Counted from the stretch's first letter, positions 39,270 to 52,657 are shown. The stretch: DNA of 64,000 nucleotides from Balanoglossus misakiensis (GCA_040954595.2 CM082576.2:19453028-19517027); one strand, 5' to 3'. The notes: a model not told the origin generated them from the sequence alone. A program made the numbers and translations.

Positions 39270-42200
39270 ACATTTGTTCAAAAGTGGCAAAAACACAAAT
39301 ATGCAAACATCTCTATAATTGTACACCATCTTACTTCAATCACTACAAGGAACATTCCTGCCAAAATTCAAAGCAATCTGACAAGGGTTTGAACGGTTTA
39401 ACAGAAAACAGTTTTTGACAAAGATTGCAAAAAATATCCCCAATAACACAAGCACGCAGTTTTAACCATTTTTATGACATCTTCCTTGGGTTACCCCTGG
39501 GAATCTGCCTACCAAATTGCAAAGCATTCTGACCATAATTGGCAAAATTGCTCAAAATTATAAATATGCCTATTTTACAACAATCTGAACAAAAAATATG
39601 GTAACTCGGACCACCCATAGGAAGCTTCATACTAAATTTCGAAGGAGTCGGACTATCGCTTTCAGAAGTGAAGATTTTTTTTTACCAATAATGTGGAAAA
39701 AGACAAAAAAAATTAATAAACATTAGAAAATTCATAATATTAGCTCACAACATACAGGACTGTATTGGGTTCATTGACATACCAATCTGACCAGTGGTTG
39801 TCAAGTTTCTGACTTTTGACCAATTTCACATTTACACAGGTAATATTTTGGCAATGACAATTTCATTTGAACAAAATCCCATCTACAGCCCCGCCTGCAT
39901 CTACACACTAAATATGGAAGTGATATGCCCAGCGGTTTTCATCCATTCACTCATACATACAAATGCAACTGATTCCATAAGGTCCCAATCGTATATATGT
40001 ACATAAACCAAATGGGACCTAAAAATTGCTCCAAAATTATAAATACGCAATTTTTGGCAACAATTTAAACAAAACTATGGTTGGTAACTCAGATCACCTA
40101 TGAAGCTTCATAATAAATTTCAAACAAGTCAGCTGATCAATTCCAGAAAAGTAGGTTTTTACCGACAATGTGGAAAGAGACAAAAAAAATGCTTAAAAAT
40201 AGAAAATTCACATTATTAGCTCACAACATGTAGAATTGTGAGAGGATACCATAAGGTACATGCATACCAATTATCAATTTTGAAAGCAATTTGCCCAGTA
40301 GTTGTTGAGTTCCCAAGTTTTGACGAATTTGACACTTTCCCAGCTAATTTGCATATTTTGGCAATGACAACTTCACTTAGACAAACTCCCATCTACTGCC
40401 CTGTCTGCACATTAAATATCAAGGTGAAATGCCAGTAGTTTCCAAATGTTTGATGTTGATGGACATACAAACATCCATACATACAGGTGCAACTGATCCC
40501 GTAAGGTACCATGGTATAAATACATATACCAAATGGGACCTAATAATTCTGATAAAATGCGTACATACGTACATACATACAAGTCAGCAATAAGGAGACG
40601 GGATAGTGGGCTGGCACTGAGTGTCTATTTCTATTGCAAATTATAAACATGCAGCAAGTGTAAAAACCACATGTACCTTCAACGTCCTTGGACAACACAT
40701 TTTTGTAACTTTCCCAGATCAATGGCTAATATTACTTGCCAAAGGCGACTAGAATTTTGGGGGCCTGATGCAAGTCTGATACATGTACTTCATGATTTAG
40801 AGATATGATGAAAATCCTGTCAACCGAATTACAGGGAAATCAGATTTTCCATGTAAAATCATATCACCCAAAAGTGTCAAAAATAATTTTGAAACAAAAA
40901 GTCTACTCAAAATCATACCAAAATTTAAATGTTAATGCAGTACGTTAGGCAAGCAATTTGAGAATGAAGAAACTTACAAAATAATTTATAAATTGTAAAT
41001 AATTTACAAATGCCGCACACAAACTTACAATTACTACCATATTACTGAACATGTTAAAAGGACATTGTACCAGCAGAGACATTGTGATCGAGCAATCCCC
41101 AAGATATACATGACATGGTCTAATTACAAATATTGAATATGTAAAATATGTACACAACACTTCCAGTCTTACAGTACAGTCAGCTGCTTGTGAACAATAG
41201 TCATGTAGCTATTTCATCAAATTTACAGCCCAAGTCTTGCCTATACAATTCTCCCTACTTTAAACACGTTTTAAGCTACCCTAAATGAGTGATGAAAATC
41301 TCATACGGTCGATAATTTCAAGATGGCCGATTTTTGCCATGTTAAAGAAATGGGAGTTCATAAGCTAAAATGATGATGGGTCATTCTTGAACTTTTTAAC
41401 AGAAAAAATAGCAAAAGTGAAAAAAAGTTTAATATGCTAACTACCGAGACAGAAATGTTTGACCGAAGGAAGTCATGAAATACAGTAAACATATCATTTC
41501 TTCTATCTCTTACTACAGTTGGTTATGGACTTTCCGCCCAGAATGCAATGAGATTTGACACCTAGCGCAAAGTGAAAAACCTATTTAAGGCAGCCAGAAT
41601 TTTCTGCATAGTATGACGGAAACATTTGTAAAGTCATGGCTAGCATGGGTTGGCAGGTTTATGGGACCCGCTCAGGTTCCCTCGAATAACACATAATGCA
41701 TGATTGGTGACTGATTATTGTTTATTTGTTGATTTTGTCACATTTTCAGAAAAATCCCTATCAATCAGTCATATTTGTTTGGCCTTGCTATACAGCGCAA
41801 TATGAATCTTGTTGACTGAAATTGTTGAGGATAGTGGTACATAAAGGTTACCAATTGGAAAATATTAAAATGATTATTAGTGGTGTCCAACTCTTCATGA
41901 TAACCAGTTGTGGCTTGCCACCACCATAATTTTAAAAGGGTGACTTCACTATTTGATGGGAAAAGGTAGCATTTACAAACAAGCTATGGAGCATGTATAC
42001 AGCAAGGTGTGCTTACCGGAAAGCGGTCTTGGATCAGGCCTAGGTATTCTCTTCCTCCTCCGGCATACGTTGAAATGCTGTGTTTAAGACTGTGAATCAA
42101 ATATATGCAAATATTAATTAGTAACCAATCAACCTTGCTTTAGAATTATGTGGGCCATACAAATTAGTGAAAATATGCAAAACATGGTATAATATAGGGT

Positions 42201-43140
42201 CAGAAAAAATTTCCAGCCTGTTTGTGTCATGATTTACATTTTTCTTTCTGGCCTAAAGTATTGTTTTATTTCACTCTAAACAACATTACTTTCCTTCATG
42301 CGTCTAATATAATAACAGATCTCTTAGCCAGTTTGATTAAGCATAGTGTTGGACTAGCACACGTTCAGCCAAAGTTAAAGTATCTCCCTGTGTATTGATA
42401 TGGGAGTAATTTTAGCTATATGGTTAAAGGGACAAAGTCTCTCTGTCGCTGTCCTTTTTCCATTAATTATGTTTGATACAAGACACTGTTTATGTCAATG
42501 TACATTTGGATATATAGTGAATAAATGATCAACCACACAAAACTTCCATCCCGCTTGTATGATATGAGAGTAAAAACTCGCCCAAAATGAATAAATGGTA
42601 AAGAACGATTATTCATTTTGGCGAGTATTTTTACTCTCGTGTCTACAAGTGGGACGGAAGTTGTGTGTGGCTGAACGTTCATTCACTATATATCTACATG
42701 TAGAATAACAAACGGTGTCTTGTATCAAATATAATTAATGGAAAAAAGGGCAGCGAGAGAGAGACTTTGTCCCTTTAAGGAAATGCATCCACATTTATTT
42801 TATGCTCCACGTGAAGATTTGAACTTGTGAGTTGTCCATCTAATTCATGACATCACGATCATATCACAAGCAATCGAGGCCAGAATTCGAAGGGGAAAAA
42901 ACAGGTACATTGTATTGAAAGCTGGAATATGTAAATTAGTTCGTAGACATACATTTCTTCCTATTGTTTCGGTTGCAACACCCGATAAAAGCAAATATAA
43001 AGCAAGTCATGCTTACCATTGAGCGGTCTTAAACTCGCCCCGGACAAGGAAGAGAATCCCGAGTTGAAACGCAGACAGTTTCAGGCAGCATCTGTGAATC
43101 AAATAGACATAGAAGTTAGTAACCAGTCATAGAAGCTCTG
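39270..43140. repeat. Tandem segmental duplication, copy 2
   Basis: See copy 1. Lacks the Harbinger MITE and the segment at about 35466-36085, and carries an extra Kolobok-type MITE. Confidence 0.85.
42428..42774. mobile_element. Palindromic Kolobok-type MITE
   Basis: TTAA-agggacaaagtctctct...agagagactttgtccct-TTAA. Empty paralogous site tatggTTAAggaaatgc at 36306-36309. Relatives at 63522 and about 45600-45630. Confidence 0.9.
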
Positions 43141-43281
43141 CGTGGCAGGGCTGCGTGTTAACGGCTATACCATAGCTCCCACTGGTAGCTTATAACAGTC
43201 TCAATGGTGCCAAAAATCTCCCCAACAACAAAACCAACCCTGGTCAGTTTATTCGCTATCGCTTTGCCTTAAAAGTTATAC

Positions 43282-44312
43282 TGTAGTGTGTTACCACAGG
43301 GGGCTCCTCCCTCCGCATTTTTTATTGTTTGTTTGTTGTTGTTGATTGGCATAATAAACAAATACATATTTCTTTATTAATAAATATGGTTTGTTGACAT
43401 GTAAGTGTTAGGGTATATTCAACAGTTAGGGTTACTGTTGGAATTTTTTTCGATCCACGGCCCCGGGCATCACTAAGCCACAGGGGGTGGGGGGGGGGGG
43501 GTTTGGGGGGGGGTGATGCCGGCCATGGATCGAAAAAATGCCAACACTAATTCTAACCGTTGAATATACCATAACCTGTCAAATATACCCTAATAACCTA
43601 ACCCTTACATGTCAACAAACCATATTTATTAATAAAGAAATATGTATTTGTTTATTATGCCAATCAACAACAACAAACAAACAATAAAATCGCCTAGGGA
43701 GAGCCCCCTGTGGTGTTACGGTACCACCTGCTCCACAATAACAAAGCTGACTCGAGCCAACGAACGACGTACAATTTACTCGCACGGTGTAATATAACGC
43801 ACAAATTCCATGCGACTGTGAGTTTACTGTTTGGTGCTGTAACGCTTCCCAAAGTCAGAATTTCGATGTTGGGGGGACCCTCTCGCCCTACCACGACCAG
43901 TTTTTGCGAGAAGGAGTGTACATGTACTTGTAAAATAACATTAAATGCCATGCTTACCAGAGAAACGACATCATCAAGCATGGAGGCGACCGGGACCTCC
44001 ATGCTTGATGAACGTCAAAGCTGCAATGATTTTTCAAATGCAATGGTCAGCGGTACGAGAACGAGGCACCAGCTGTGCGTCAATTATGCAACTTACTTAC
44101 TACTCAATCAGAATCCTGCTTCAACATGACGTAACACTAATTAGTCAAAGAATGCAATGCAACGTATGTGTGCGGGTGGAGAATGCGCCTCACGTCAATG
44201 CAGACACACCAGACACACACACTGAAATGCAAATTGAGGAATTATGTCACGGTGTTCTTTGGAAGTGCGAATGAATAAAATATTTCGTTTTCTTCAGTGT
44301 TTTTGTACTACA
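43282..44312 (+). mobile_element. Possible solo LTR, interrupted by a MITE
   Basis: Termini TGTAGT...ACTACA and AATAAA about 35 nt before the end. No matching TSD seen. Confidence 0.35.
43295..43712. mobile_element. Palindromic MITE, P-element-like
   Basis: CACAGGGG...CCCCTGTG termini, 7-bp direct repeat gtgttac on both sides, long inverted arms and a G-run centre. Confidence 0.7.
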
Positions 44313-46279
44313 AAAAAAATTGCTAAAAAACGACTAGCAAGCGCTTATGCAATGAAATACAAATAAATATAATTATCGCCAATTGGAAATGGAACGTCAA
44401 TCCGCATTTGTCAAAAAATAACAGAAAAGACAAAGGAGCTGAGACGTCCTAAAATAAAAGGAATGACCTCTCTGTTCTGACCTGTATGAGGAAGCCCTAT
44501 TGTAATACGCAATATGTAGGATCATGCTACCATCCGCCATTCTGATTGGACGAGAGATCAATCCATCGATACGAAAGTACTCAATAGAGCACTGCTAAAA
44601 CTGGCCCCTGAACTAATAGCATGCAACAGGGAAAACGTGACTAAATAAAAAAAAATATAGCTGATAAATTTACGGACGGCCGGTTTATTTTTTAACTGCT
44701 CTATTGGAACTGTTGTCACTGTCATGCACGATGCATGTCTTGTCATTGCGCACTCGTGTTAACATTCATCAGAGCGCCTTTCGATCAATTCGTAACGTTT
44801 ACATTAGACTCGAGTTCATTTTCGTTATGAAAATGACATTGATATACACAAAGTCGATTACTGATATAAAATAATAGCAATAACCCTAACCATAGATTAG
44901 GCTATAGCATTCCGGTATTTTTTTCAATATCACTCAGGAAGGATTCTATAACAGTCTGTTTTGTATCGGGATGTATAATTTAATATCCATACTACAAAAC
45001 AAATATCAGCGGTAACTCAGAAAATATTGTTGAAAATTTGTTCTCTGTAGGCCTAACCATGGTAAGATAATGCAATGCCGGTAAGTATTTTGGAAGTCAA
45101 GGTTGCATTGTATTGTCTGGTGTTCAAATAATCACAAACATCCCGGAAGACTAAATTCTTTCTGTCAAAACCACTTCTGCAACGACAAGAACTTTCAGGG
45201 CAGGCAAAACCATGGCATGAAGACGATATGAAGTCGATGAGTTAATGTTATGTTGAACCCGGCCACTTTACGTATCTTAACTATTCACACATTGACCATT
45301 CTATAATTCTCTCCCTTTTAATGTCTTCTTTGTGGTTTGTTTGTAAAAATGTTGCCTGTGTTGAAACTTGACTACTTGTCACTTTTGCCTACCAAGAATA
45401 ATATGACCAAAAGGGGTGGCATGAAATTCTAGACTGTAACAAAACTCGATTTCATGACCCAAAGTTTGATTTTATGTGTTTTTGGTTTGGACGTGGCAAA
45501 GACATGTAAATTCCGACCACCTATACACCATCCATACATGTATGAATCGACATCATTTATTGCACGAGAGACTTCAAGCAAGCATTCCATCATCGCAAAA
45601 GGACAAAGAGAGAGCGACTTTGTCTCTTTAAATTAATTTAGCAAGTTCAAAGTGAATGCCCACATGAAAACCTTTACTCAGCAATTTTTTTTGTAATTAA
45701 TAAAACTAGGTTTGGTATGTTTTTGCGCTTGTTTTATTTTCCTTTTGTCTATAAATAGTCGTATATTTTAAAACAGCTAAAATGAGTCAAATGGGGCATT
45801 TTTCCATCCCACCTCATCCTAGCTAAGAGCTTCAGTGCCGGTCACCTCCACAAAATTAATTTACCACGAACAAATTGAAATACAGCCAATCGGAAAAAGT
45901 GCGCCACCACATGGTCATTTGAAGACTTTTATGCTCTCTTCTGGCCGTAAACGCATGTGATCTGGAATAAATCGAACATCGATCGTGTTTTATTTATTTT
46001 CACCACCAGCGAAAATCTACGACGGCCCAACCGCAGATTATTGCTGCTCCATACAACAACCGGCTTAAACTGTTCTGTGCATGTGTTTTGTGTTCTGGTG
46101 GCGTTTGCGGGTCTGAGACGTCATTTGTAGAAGGCCCTATTCGTTTTCTACCAATAACTTTTACCAACCATGCTAGAACTATTTCGTTTTCTTTGACGAC
46201 GCTTGACACTTTTCTTGCTTTGTTGTTAGTACATGCAGTTTGTTTGTTCGTTACGTCTGTTACTGGGGTTCTTCACTTG

Positions 46280-49200
46280 TAGTCTGGTTACACTATGAGA
46301 TAGGTGCCGTTAATCAGAATTTTTGGTAAGGAAGGTTTGAGAAGTCCATTCTATGTAAAAAATGGTGCTCATTCCAAAAAAGTCAGTCTTATTAACCCCA
46401 CTCAAGACAAAATTGCCATTTTGGCCATTTTTAACCCCAAAATGGTCTTTTTTAGAAAACACTAAAAACACATTGTTTTCGTCACATTCTGAGATCTGAT
46501 AACATATGATATGCTTATTCTATGTAAAATTTGGTGAATATTACGAAAAAAGTAGTTCGATTGACCCAAAACAACAGAAAATTGCCTTTTTGACCAATTT
46601 TTGCCCCAAAAACGTCATTTTTAGAAAAAAAATAAAACACACGGTTTTCTTCATAATGATTGATCTGGTGATATATGGAAAGTCAATTCTATGTTAAAAG
46701 TGGTGACTTTAAAAAATAAAGCAGTCTTTTTGACCTCAATCAATACAAAAATGCCATTTTTGGCCACTTTTTGTGGTCAAAAAAGGTCATTTTTACAAAA
46801 AAACTAAAAATAAATTGTGTTTATCATATTCAGAGATCATTGGATATATGAAATGTCCATTCTATGTAAAAAATGGTGCTGATTCCAGAAATAGCAGTCT
46901 TATTGACCCTACTCAAGAAAAAATGCCATTTTTGCCACTTTTTGCCCCAAAACGTCATTTTCAGAAAACACACAAAATTTATATATTTTCTTCACTTTCG
47001 GAGATCTGATAATGTATTATATGCCCACCCTATGTAAAATCTGGTGATTATTCGAAAAAAGCAGATTTATTGACCCAACCTAATGCAAAAATGCCCTTTT
47101 GGAAAGTTTTTGCCCCAAAAGGCCATTTTTAGAAAAAAATTTAAAAACAAACTTTTCTTCATAAAGCTCAGAGATCATGTGATATATGAAATGTTCATCC
47201 TATGTAAAAAATGGTGCTGATTCCAGAAATAGCAGTCTTATTGATCCTACTCAAGAAAAAATGCCATTTTGCCACTTTTTGCCCCCAAAACGTCATTTTC
47301 AGAAAACACTCAAAATTTATATATTTTCTTCACTTTCGGAGATCTGATAATGAATTATATGCCCACTGTATGTGAAAAATTTCCAAAAAAGCAGTTTTAT
47401 TGATGCCACTCAAGATAAAAGTGCCTTTTTGGCAAGTTTTTGCTCAAAAAGTGTCATTTCTAGAAAATACGAAAATTATGCCATTTTCTTCCCATTGGTG
47501 ATCAAATGATAAATAAAAGTACTAAAAAACCCACTCTTACTGACCCCATTGAGGGAAAAAAATATCATTTTGGCCTCTTTGCTCAAAAAGGTAACTGTTA
47601 GAAAAAATAAATACAAACTTATTCCTTTATATTCAGAGCCCTTGTGATGTATGTAAATTCGTTTTTTTTTGTGTGTGTGTGCAAAAAATATGCTGATACC
47701 AGCACAACGGTCTTATTGAGACACCCCGCTCAGTACAAAATTGCCATTTAGCCATCTTTTGGTCAACAATAGGCATTTTCAGAAAACAAATATAATTGAT
47801 GTTTTTGCCTTTTGTGTTCTGATGTTGTATATGCATATTTAAAACGCCATAACCATATAATGTCAATTAAATTGATGATATTGAAAGACAGGGTTGCCAC
47901 AATTTGGCAAATTTAGCCCAAAACTGAACTTAACAATAAGATGATCATGTATACGCACTGTCTACTATAAGTCGATTATGCGTGGTGTGGAATATTTAGG
48001 TTCAGATATGCCAGCTCGGGAGAGAGTGTTGAAATTTATTCTCTTCAATCTGAATACAAAATCAGAAATTATATTATAATTTATATCATGATACCTCCGT
48101 CATACTGATTGGACAGGAGTGCAACGATGCTAGAATACTCAATAGAGCACTGCTAAAACTGGCCCCTGAACTAGCACGCAGCAGGAAAAATGTGGGTTTA
48201 AACTAAATAAACATAAAACCCTTGACGTTTTAATTTGGAACTGCTGTATGGGAATATTTGGGCAATGTGCAATGCCTTTCTTTTGTCATCTGTATCATGT
48301 TTAGAGCTTGGTCCCGGGCGGCGTGTTTACATTCATTGACGCGAGTTTTGTTCCATTCGTAACTTCTTTTCCTCTCGACGCTGTTTCATCATCATTATGA
48401 GTTCAACTTGGGCTAATTTTGCAAAAACTCCAAATACAAACATTTTTTCGGTACAAAATGGCTAAAATGATAATTTTTTCTTGAGTAGATCTATTTTTGG
48501 CTACAAATAGCAAAAAAGGCAATTTTGACAACCAGAGTGCCGTTTTTGGAATAGTCACCAAATTTTACACAGAATGGACTTTTCATACATGATCAGATCT
48601 CTGAATATGAAGAAAACAATTTGTCTTTAGTTTGTTTGTTTTTAATGAACATTTTTGACCAAAAAAGTGGCCGAAATTACAAATTTCAATTGAATAGGGT
48701 AAGTAAGACTTCCGTTTTTGGAACAGTAACCACGTTTCAATATAGAATGGGCTTTTATTTATAATAAGATCACCGAAAGTGAAGAAAAGAGAATGCTTAT
48801 TAATATATTCTTAAAAATAACAATTTTGTGCAAAACTTAGCCAAAAAGGTGATTTCATCATGGTTGAGGTAATTAAGACTGCATTTCTGGAATCAACACC
48901 TATTTTACAATAAATGTACTTTTCACACATCATAGAATCTCCAAATAAGAATCAAACAGTTTGTTTATAATGATTTTCGAAAAGTGGCTTTTTGGGCAAA
49001 AACTTGTCAAAAAAGCACTGTTTTCTTGAGTGGCGCTAGTAATTTTTTTTGAATTTTTTCACATAGAGTGGGTACATAATACATCATCATCTCCGAAAGT
49101 GAAGAAAATATAAAAGTTTTGGGTGTTTTCTAGAAATGACACTTTTTGGGCAAAAACTTGCCAAAGGGCACTTTTATCTTGGGTGGCATCAATAAAACTG

Positions 49201-50347
49201 CTTTTTTGGAAATTTTTCACATAAAGTGGGCATATAATACATTATCAGATCTCCGAAAGTGAAGAAAATATATAAATTTTGAGTGTTTTCTGAAAATGAC
49301 GTTTTTGGGGCAAAAAGTGGCAAAAATGGCATTTTTTCTTGAGTAGGATCAATAAGACTGCTATTTCTGGAATTAGCACCATTTTTTACATAGTTTGAAC
49401 ACTTCATATATCACATGATCTCTGAGCTTTATGAAGAAAAGTTTGTTTTTAATTTTTTTTTCTAAAAACGGCCTTTTTGGGTAATAACTTTCCAAAAGGG
49501 CATTTTTGCATTAGGTTGGGTCAATAAATCTGCTTTTTTGGAATAATCACCAAGTTTTACATAGGATGGGCATATAAGTGAAGAAAATATATAAATTTTG
49601 AGTGTTTTCTAAAAATGACGTTTTGGGGCAAAAAGTGGCAAAAATGGCATTTTTTTTCTTGAGTAGGGTCAATAAGACTGCTATTTCTGAAATCAGCACC
49701 GTTTTTTACATAGAATGGACACTTCATATATCCAATGATCTCTGAATATGAAAAACACAATTTATTTTTAGTTTTTTTGTAAAAATGACCTTTTTTGACC
49801 TCAAAAAGTGGCCAAAAATGGCATTTTTGTATTGATTGAGGTCAAAAAGACTGCTTTTTTTTAAAAGTCACCACTTTTAACATAGAATTGACTTTCCATA
49901 TATCACCAGATCAACTATTATGAAGAAAACCGTGTTTTTTAATTTTTTTCTAAAAATGACGTTTTTTTGGCAAAAAATGGTCAAAAAGGCAATTTTCTGT
50001 TGTTTTGGGTCAATCGAACTATTTTTTTCGTAATATTCACCAAATTTTACATAGAATAGGCATATCATATGTCATCAGATCTTAGAATGTGACGAAAACA
50101 GTGTGTTTTTAGTGTTTTCTAAAAAAACACCATTTTTGGGTTAAAAATGGCCAAAATGGCAATTTTGTCTTGAGTGGGGTCAATAAGACCATTTTTTACA
50201 TAGAATGGACCTCTCAAACCTTCCTTACCAAAAATTCTGATTAACGGCATCTAGCTCCTGGACTAGGTCCCCTGCCCCATTCCCACTGCCATCGGCGCTA
50301 CGCTCAAGGGCGCAGCCAGCGGTGGGAATGGGGCAGGGAACAGACTA
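46280..50347. mobile_element. AcademH-like short element (outer), split by a foldback insertion
   Basis: TAGTCTG...CAGACTA termini, 9-bp direct repeat cttcacttg (46271-46279 and 50348-50356) and a GC-rich subterminal hairpin ccctgccccattcccac / gtgggaatggggcaggg. Confidence 0.7.
46301..50253. mobile_element. ~4-kb foldback element with >1.1-kb inverted arms built of ~175-bp subrepeats
   Basis: taggtgccgttaatcagaatttttggtaaggaagg at the left is the reverse complement of the right end. Mirror ORFs 46506+/50068- and 46773+/49760- confirm the symmetry. No transposase ORF. Confidence 0.9.
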
Positions 50348-50450
50348 CTTCACTTGTGGAATAAAGTGCTCATTTCTTGTGTATCTGCATTTTGTCGATG
50401 TTATCGCTCCTCTGGCAGAGAAGCCAGGGTGCTAGCTGTTGGCTTTAATA

Positions 50451-50705
50451 AGGGACTGTTCAGAATTTACTTCCAGGGGGCGGAGAATTTTCAGAGGGGG
50501 GGGGGGACCACCCATTTTCTCCAAGACAAATTAGGGGAGACTAGACATAAAAGTCACAATAGGGGGACCATGGAAAATCCCCAGGAAATTTAAGGGGGGA
50601 CCACATATTTCCTCCACAATTTACTAGGGGAGACCATGGGAAAAAATCACCAGGAAAATAAAAAATCCTCCATCCCCAACTTGGAAGTAAAATCTGAACA
50701 GTCCT
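50451..50705. mobile_element. Harbinger-type G-rich MITE
   Basis: TIR ggactgttcagaatttacttcc / ggaagtaaaatctgaacagtcc; flanks TAA and TCA. Confidence 0.6.
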
Positions 50706-52464
50706 TCATGGTTGTTTGTTTGTTTGTTTGCCTGTTTGTTTATTCGTATCTTTGTTTGTTTGTGTATTCTATCTCATTTAATATGATGCTTCTGTCACAT
50801 TTGGCATTTACTGTCGCATAAACAATGACCGAACCGACTCGACTGCGTTTGGATGCACGATGGACTTAAGAGTGAATCCATCGGTGTTTACCGGCCAAAA
50901 CAAAACCGTTTGATTTCTTTAACACTGTTGCAACAAGTGAGACCCTAGTACATGTAGTATATAAATCAGAAGTCCGGTGCATGTTTGCCAGTGACACCTA
51001 CCACAAAATGGTATCGCCCAAATAATGTTGGGCGCGCCCGTGGAAGTTATAAGCCCGGCGCTTTTTCCTCATGATTAATAAAACAGTTAACACAACATTG
51101 GAAATTCAGCCAATTTGTCCCTGTTTTGTAGAAATAGTGCGAGCTATACATGGCGAAAAGTTTTTCAAAAAATAGATCAAAATGGGAATTCAAATTAGTG
51201 AATATTATTGGCACTTACAGAGTTTTAATTCAAAATAGAGGATTCATTCCAATGAATATGCAAGTCAAGAAGTCACATAGGGATCATGAAAATGACCTAT
51301 TGATCATGTCATGATGATTATGTACAAGAGAGAAGTAAAAAACTGGTTATTGCTTGAATTTCATGTTTCTTTTTAATCAGATGTAGTCAACAGTCTTTCA
51401 ACAAGTCTATAACATGATTTTGAAATGATTTTCAAAAGTACACAATTCCATATGAAAATGTTACTTTAAGATTTGTAAATTTTTCTGTATATTTGAGTTC
51501 ACGTGCATAGGCTGACTCAAACATTCTTTGCATCAACATTTACCGTCCTTTCAAAAATCTTGCCTGTAGTCCAGGTTTTACATTTGCACTTAATAGCATT
51601 ATAACACCATCATGTCATCCACATGTTACCCTCACAGCCAGTCACTGTGTGTATATTGTGATTCATGAAGTACATGTAGTGCTACATATTTTTGTGGAGA
51701 TGAGACACACACACACATAGCAACCGATAGACAGACTGCTTGATAATATGCTCTGACTGATCCCTAAAGCTGAAACTTGTATGTGTTTGTACATACAACA
51801 CAAAGGAACTAAAAATAGGGCATTCACATAGGGACCATTGAAAGTTTTCTGAAACATCTCAACTCAAACATTGACATAAAAAATACTTTGTGAACAATTA
51901 AAGTCTTCCTGGAACGTTTCAGATTTGAGACGGTTTTGCCAGCCAGACCTGATCCGGTGTAATGATTAACACCTCTTCGCAACCCATTGTCTATGGGGCC
52001 GAGCCTCGCAGTGCCTATACATAAACTTTGTGTGTGTGGACACAAACGACTCAAAGGATTAATGCTCTGTGTTTACCATAGGCAAATAGTGTCTCAAATT
52101 TTTCCCTGCCTGAACCTGGTATCTGAAATGTTTCTCATTTTACCCAGTGTAAACATGGTGAAAGACAAAATGTCCTATACCTGTATAACATAGATCATAA
52201 ATTTATAATACCAGGGTTTACTTGGTCTGATTGAAGCTCTGTAATTGGTTGAAGCAAGGGTTTTTATTACATATGTACCGTCGATTACTTGCACCGAGCG
52301 CGCGCGTAACATCGGTATTTGCACTCAGTGCAATACCAAAAACATTATGCTATACCTGTATGCAAATGAGTGGCCTGTTCACGAAACAAGCAATATCATT
52401 CCGCGGTCTCATTTCTTTCATTTTCGGTCTTTTTTTCAAAATGGGATGAACATATGTAATAAAA

Positions 52465-52657
52465 ACAGAACCCCATGGCTCAATCGTGCAAGCACGGCGT
52501 ACCGGTAGTATTTGCACTCGTGCTGGCGGTGTATTCTTGCTGCCCCCCGCACGAGCGACAGCGAGTGCGGGGGACGGGCGCAAGAATACACCGCCAGACA
52601 CTCGATGCAAATACTACCGTTACGCCGTGCTTGCACGATCGAGCCATGGGGTTCTGT
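52465..52657. mobile_element. ~190-bp GC-rich palindrome (MITE-like hairpin)
   Basis: acagaaccccatggctc.atcgtgcaagcacggcgta.cggtagtatttgca...ctggcggtgtattcttgc, and its reverse complement. Confidence 0.75.

Larger units (their letters stand above)
29170..40545 (-). repeat. Cluster of HINE-like elements with degenerate ~150-170-bp internal repeats
   Basis: Recurrent ends made of an (ACAT/ACAG)n microsatellite plus hairpin aggtcccat..atgggacct(aaaaa) at about 30836, 32860, 33355, 40025 and 40545. An agctcac..gtgagctaaaa end lies at about 39200. Interleaved with other sequence. Confidence 0.55.

Noticed and set aside
46506-50068. Duplicated short ORFs as genes
   Set aside because: They are mirror translations of the AT-rich foldback arms with no domain features.
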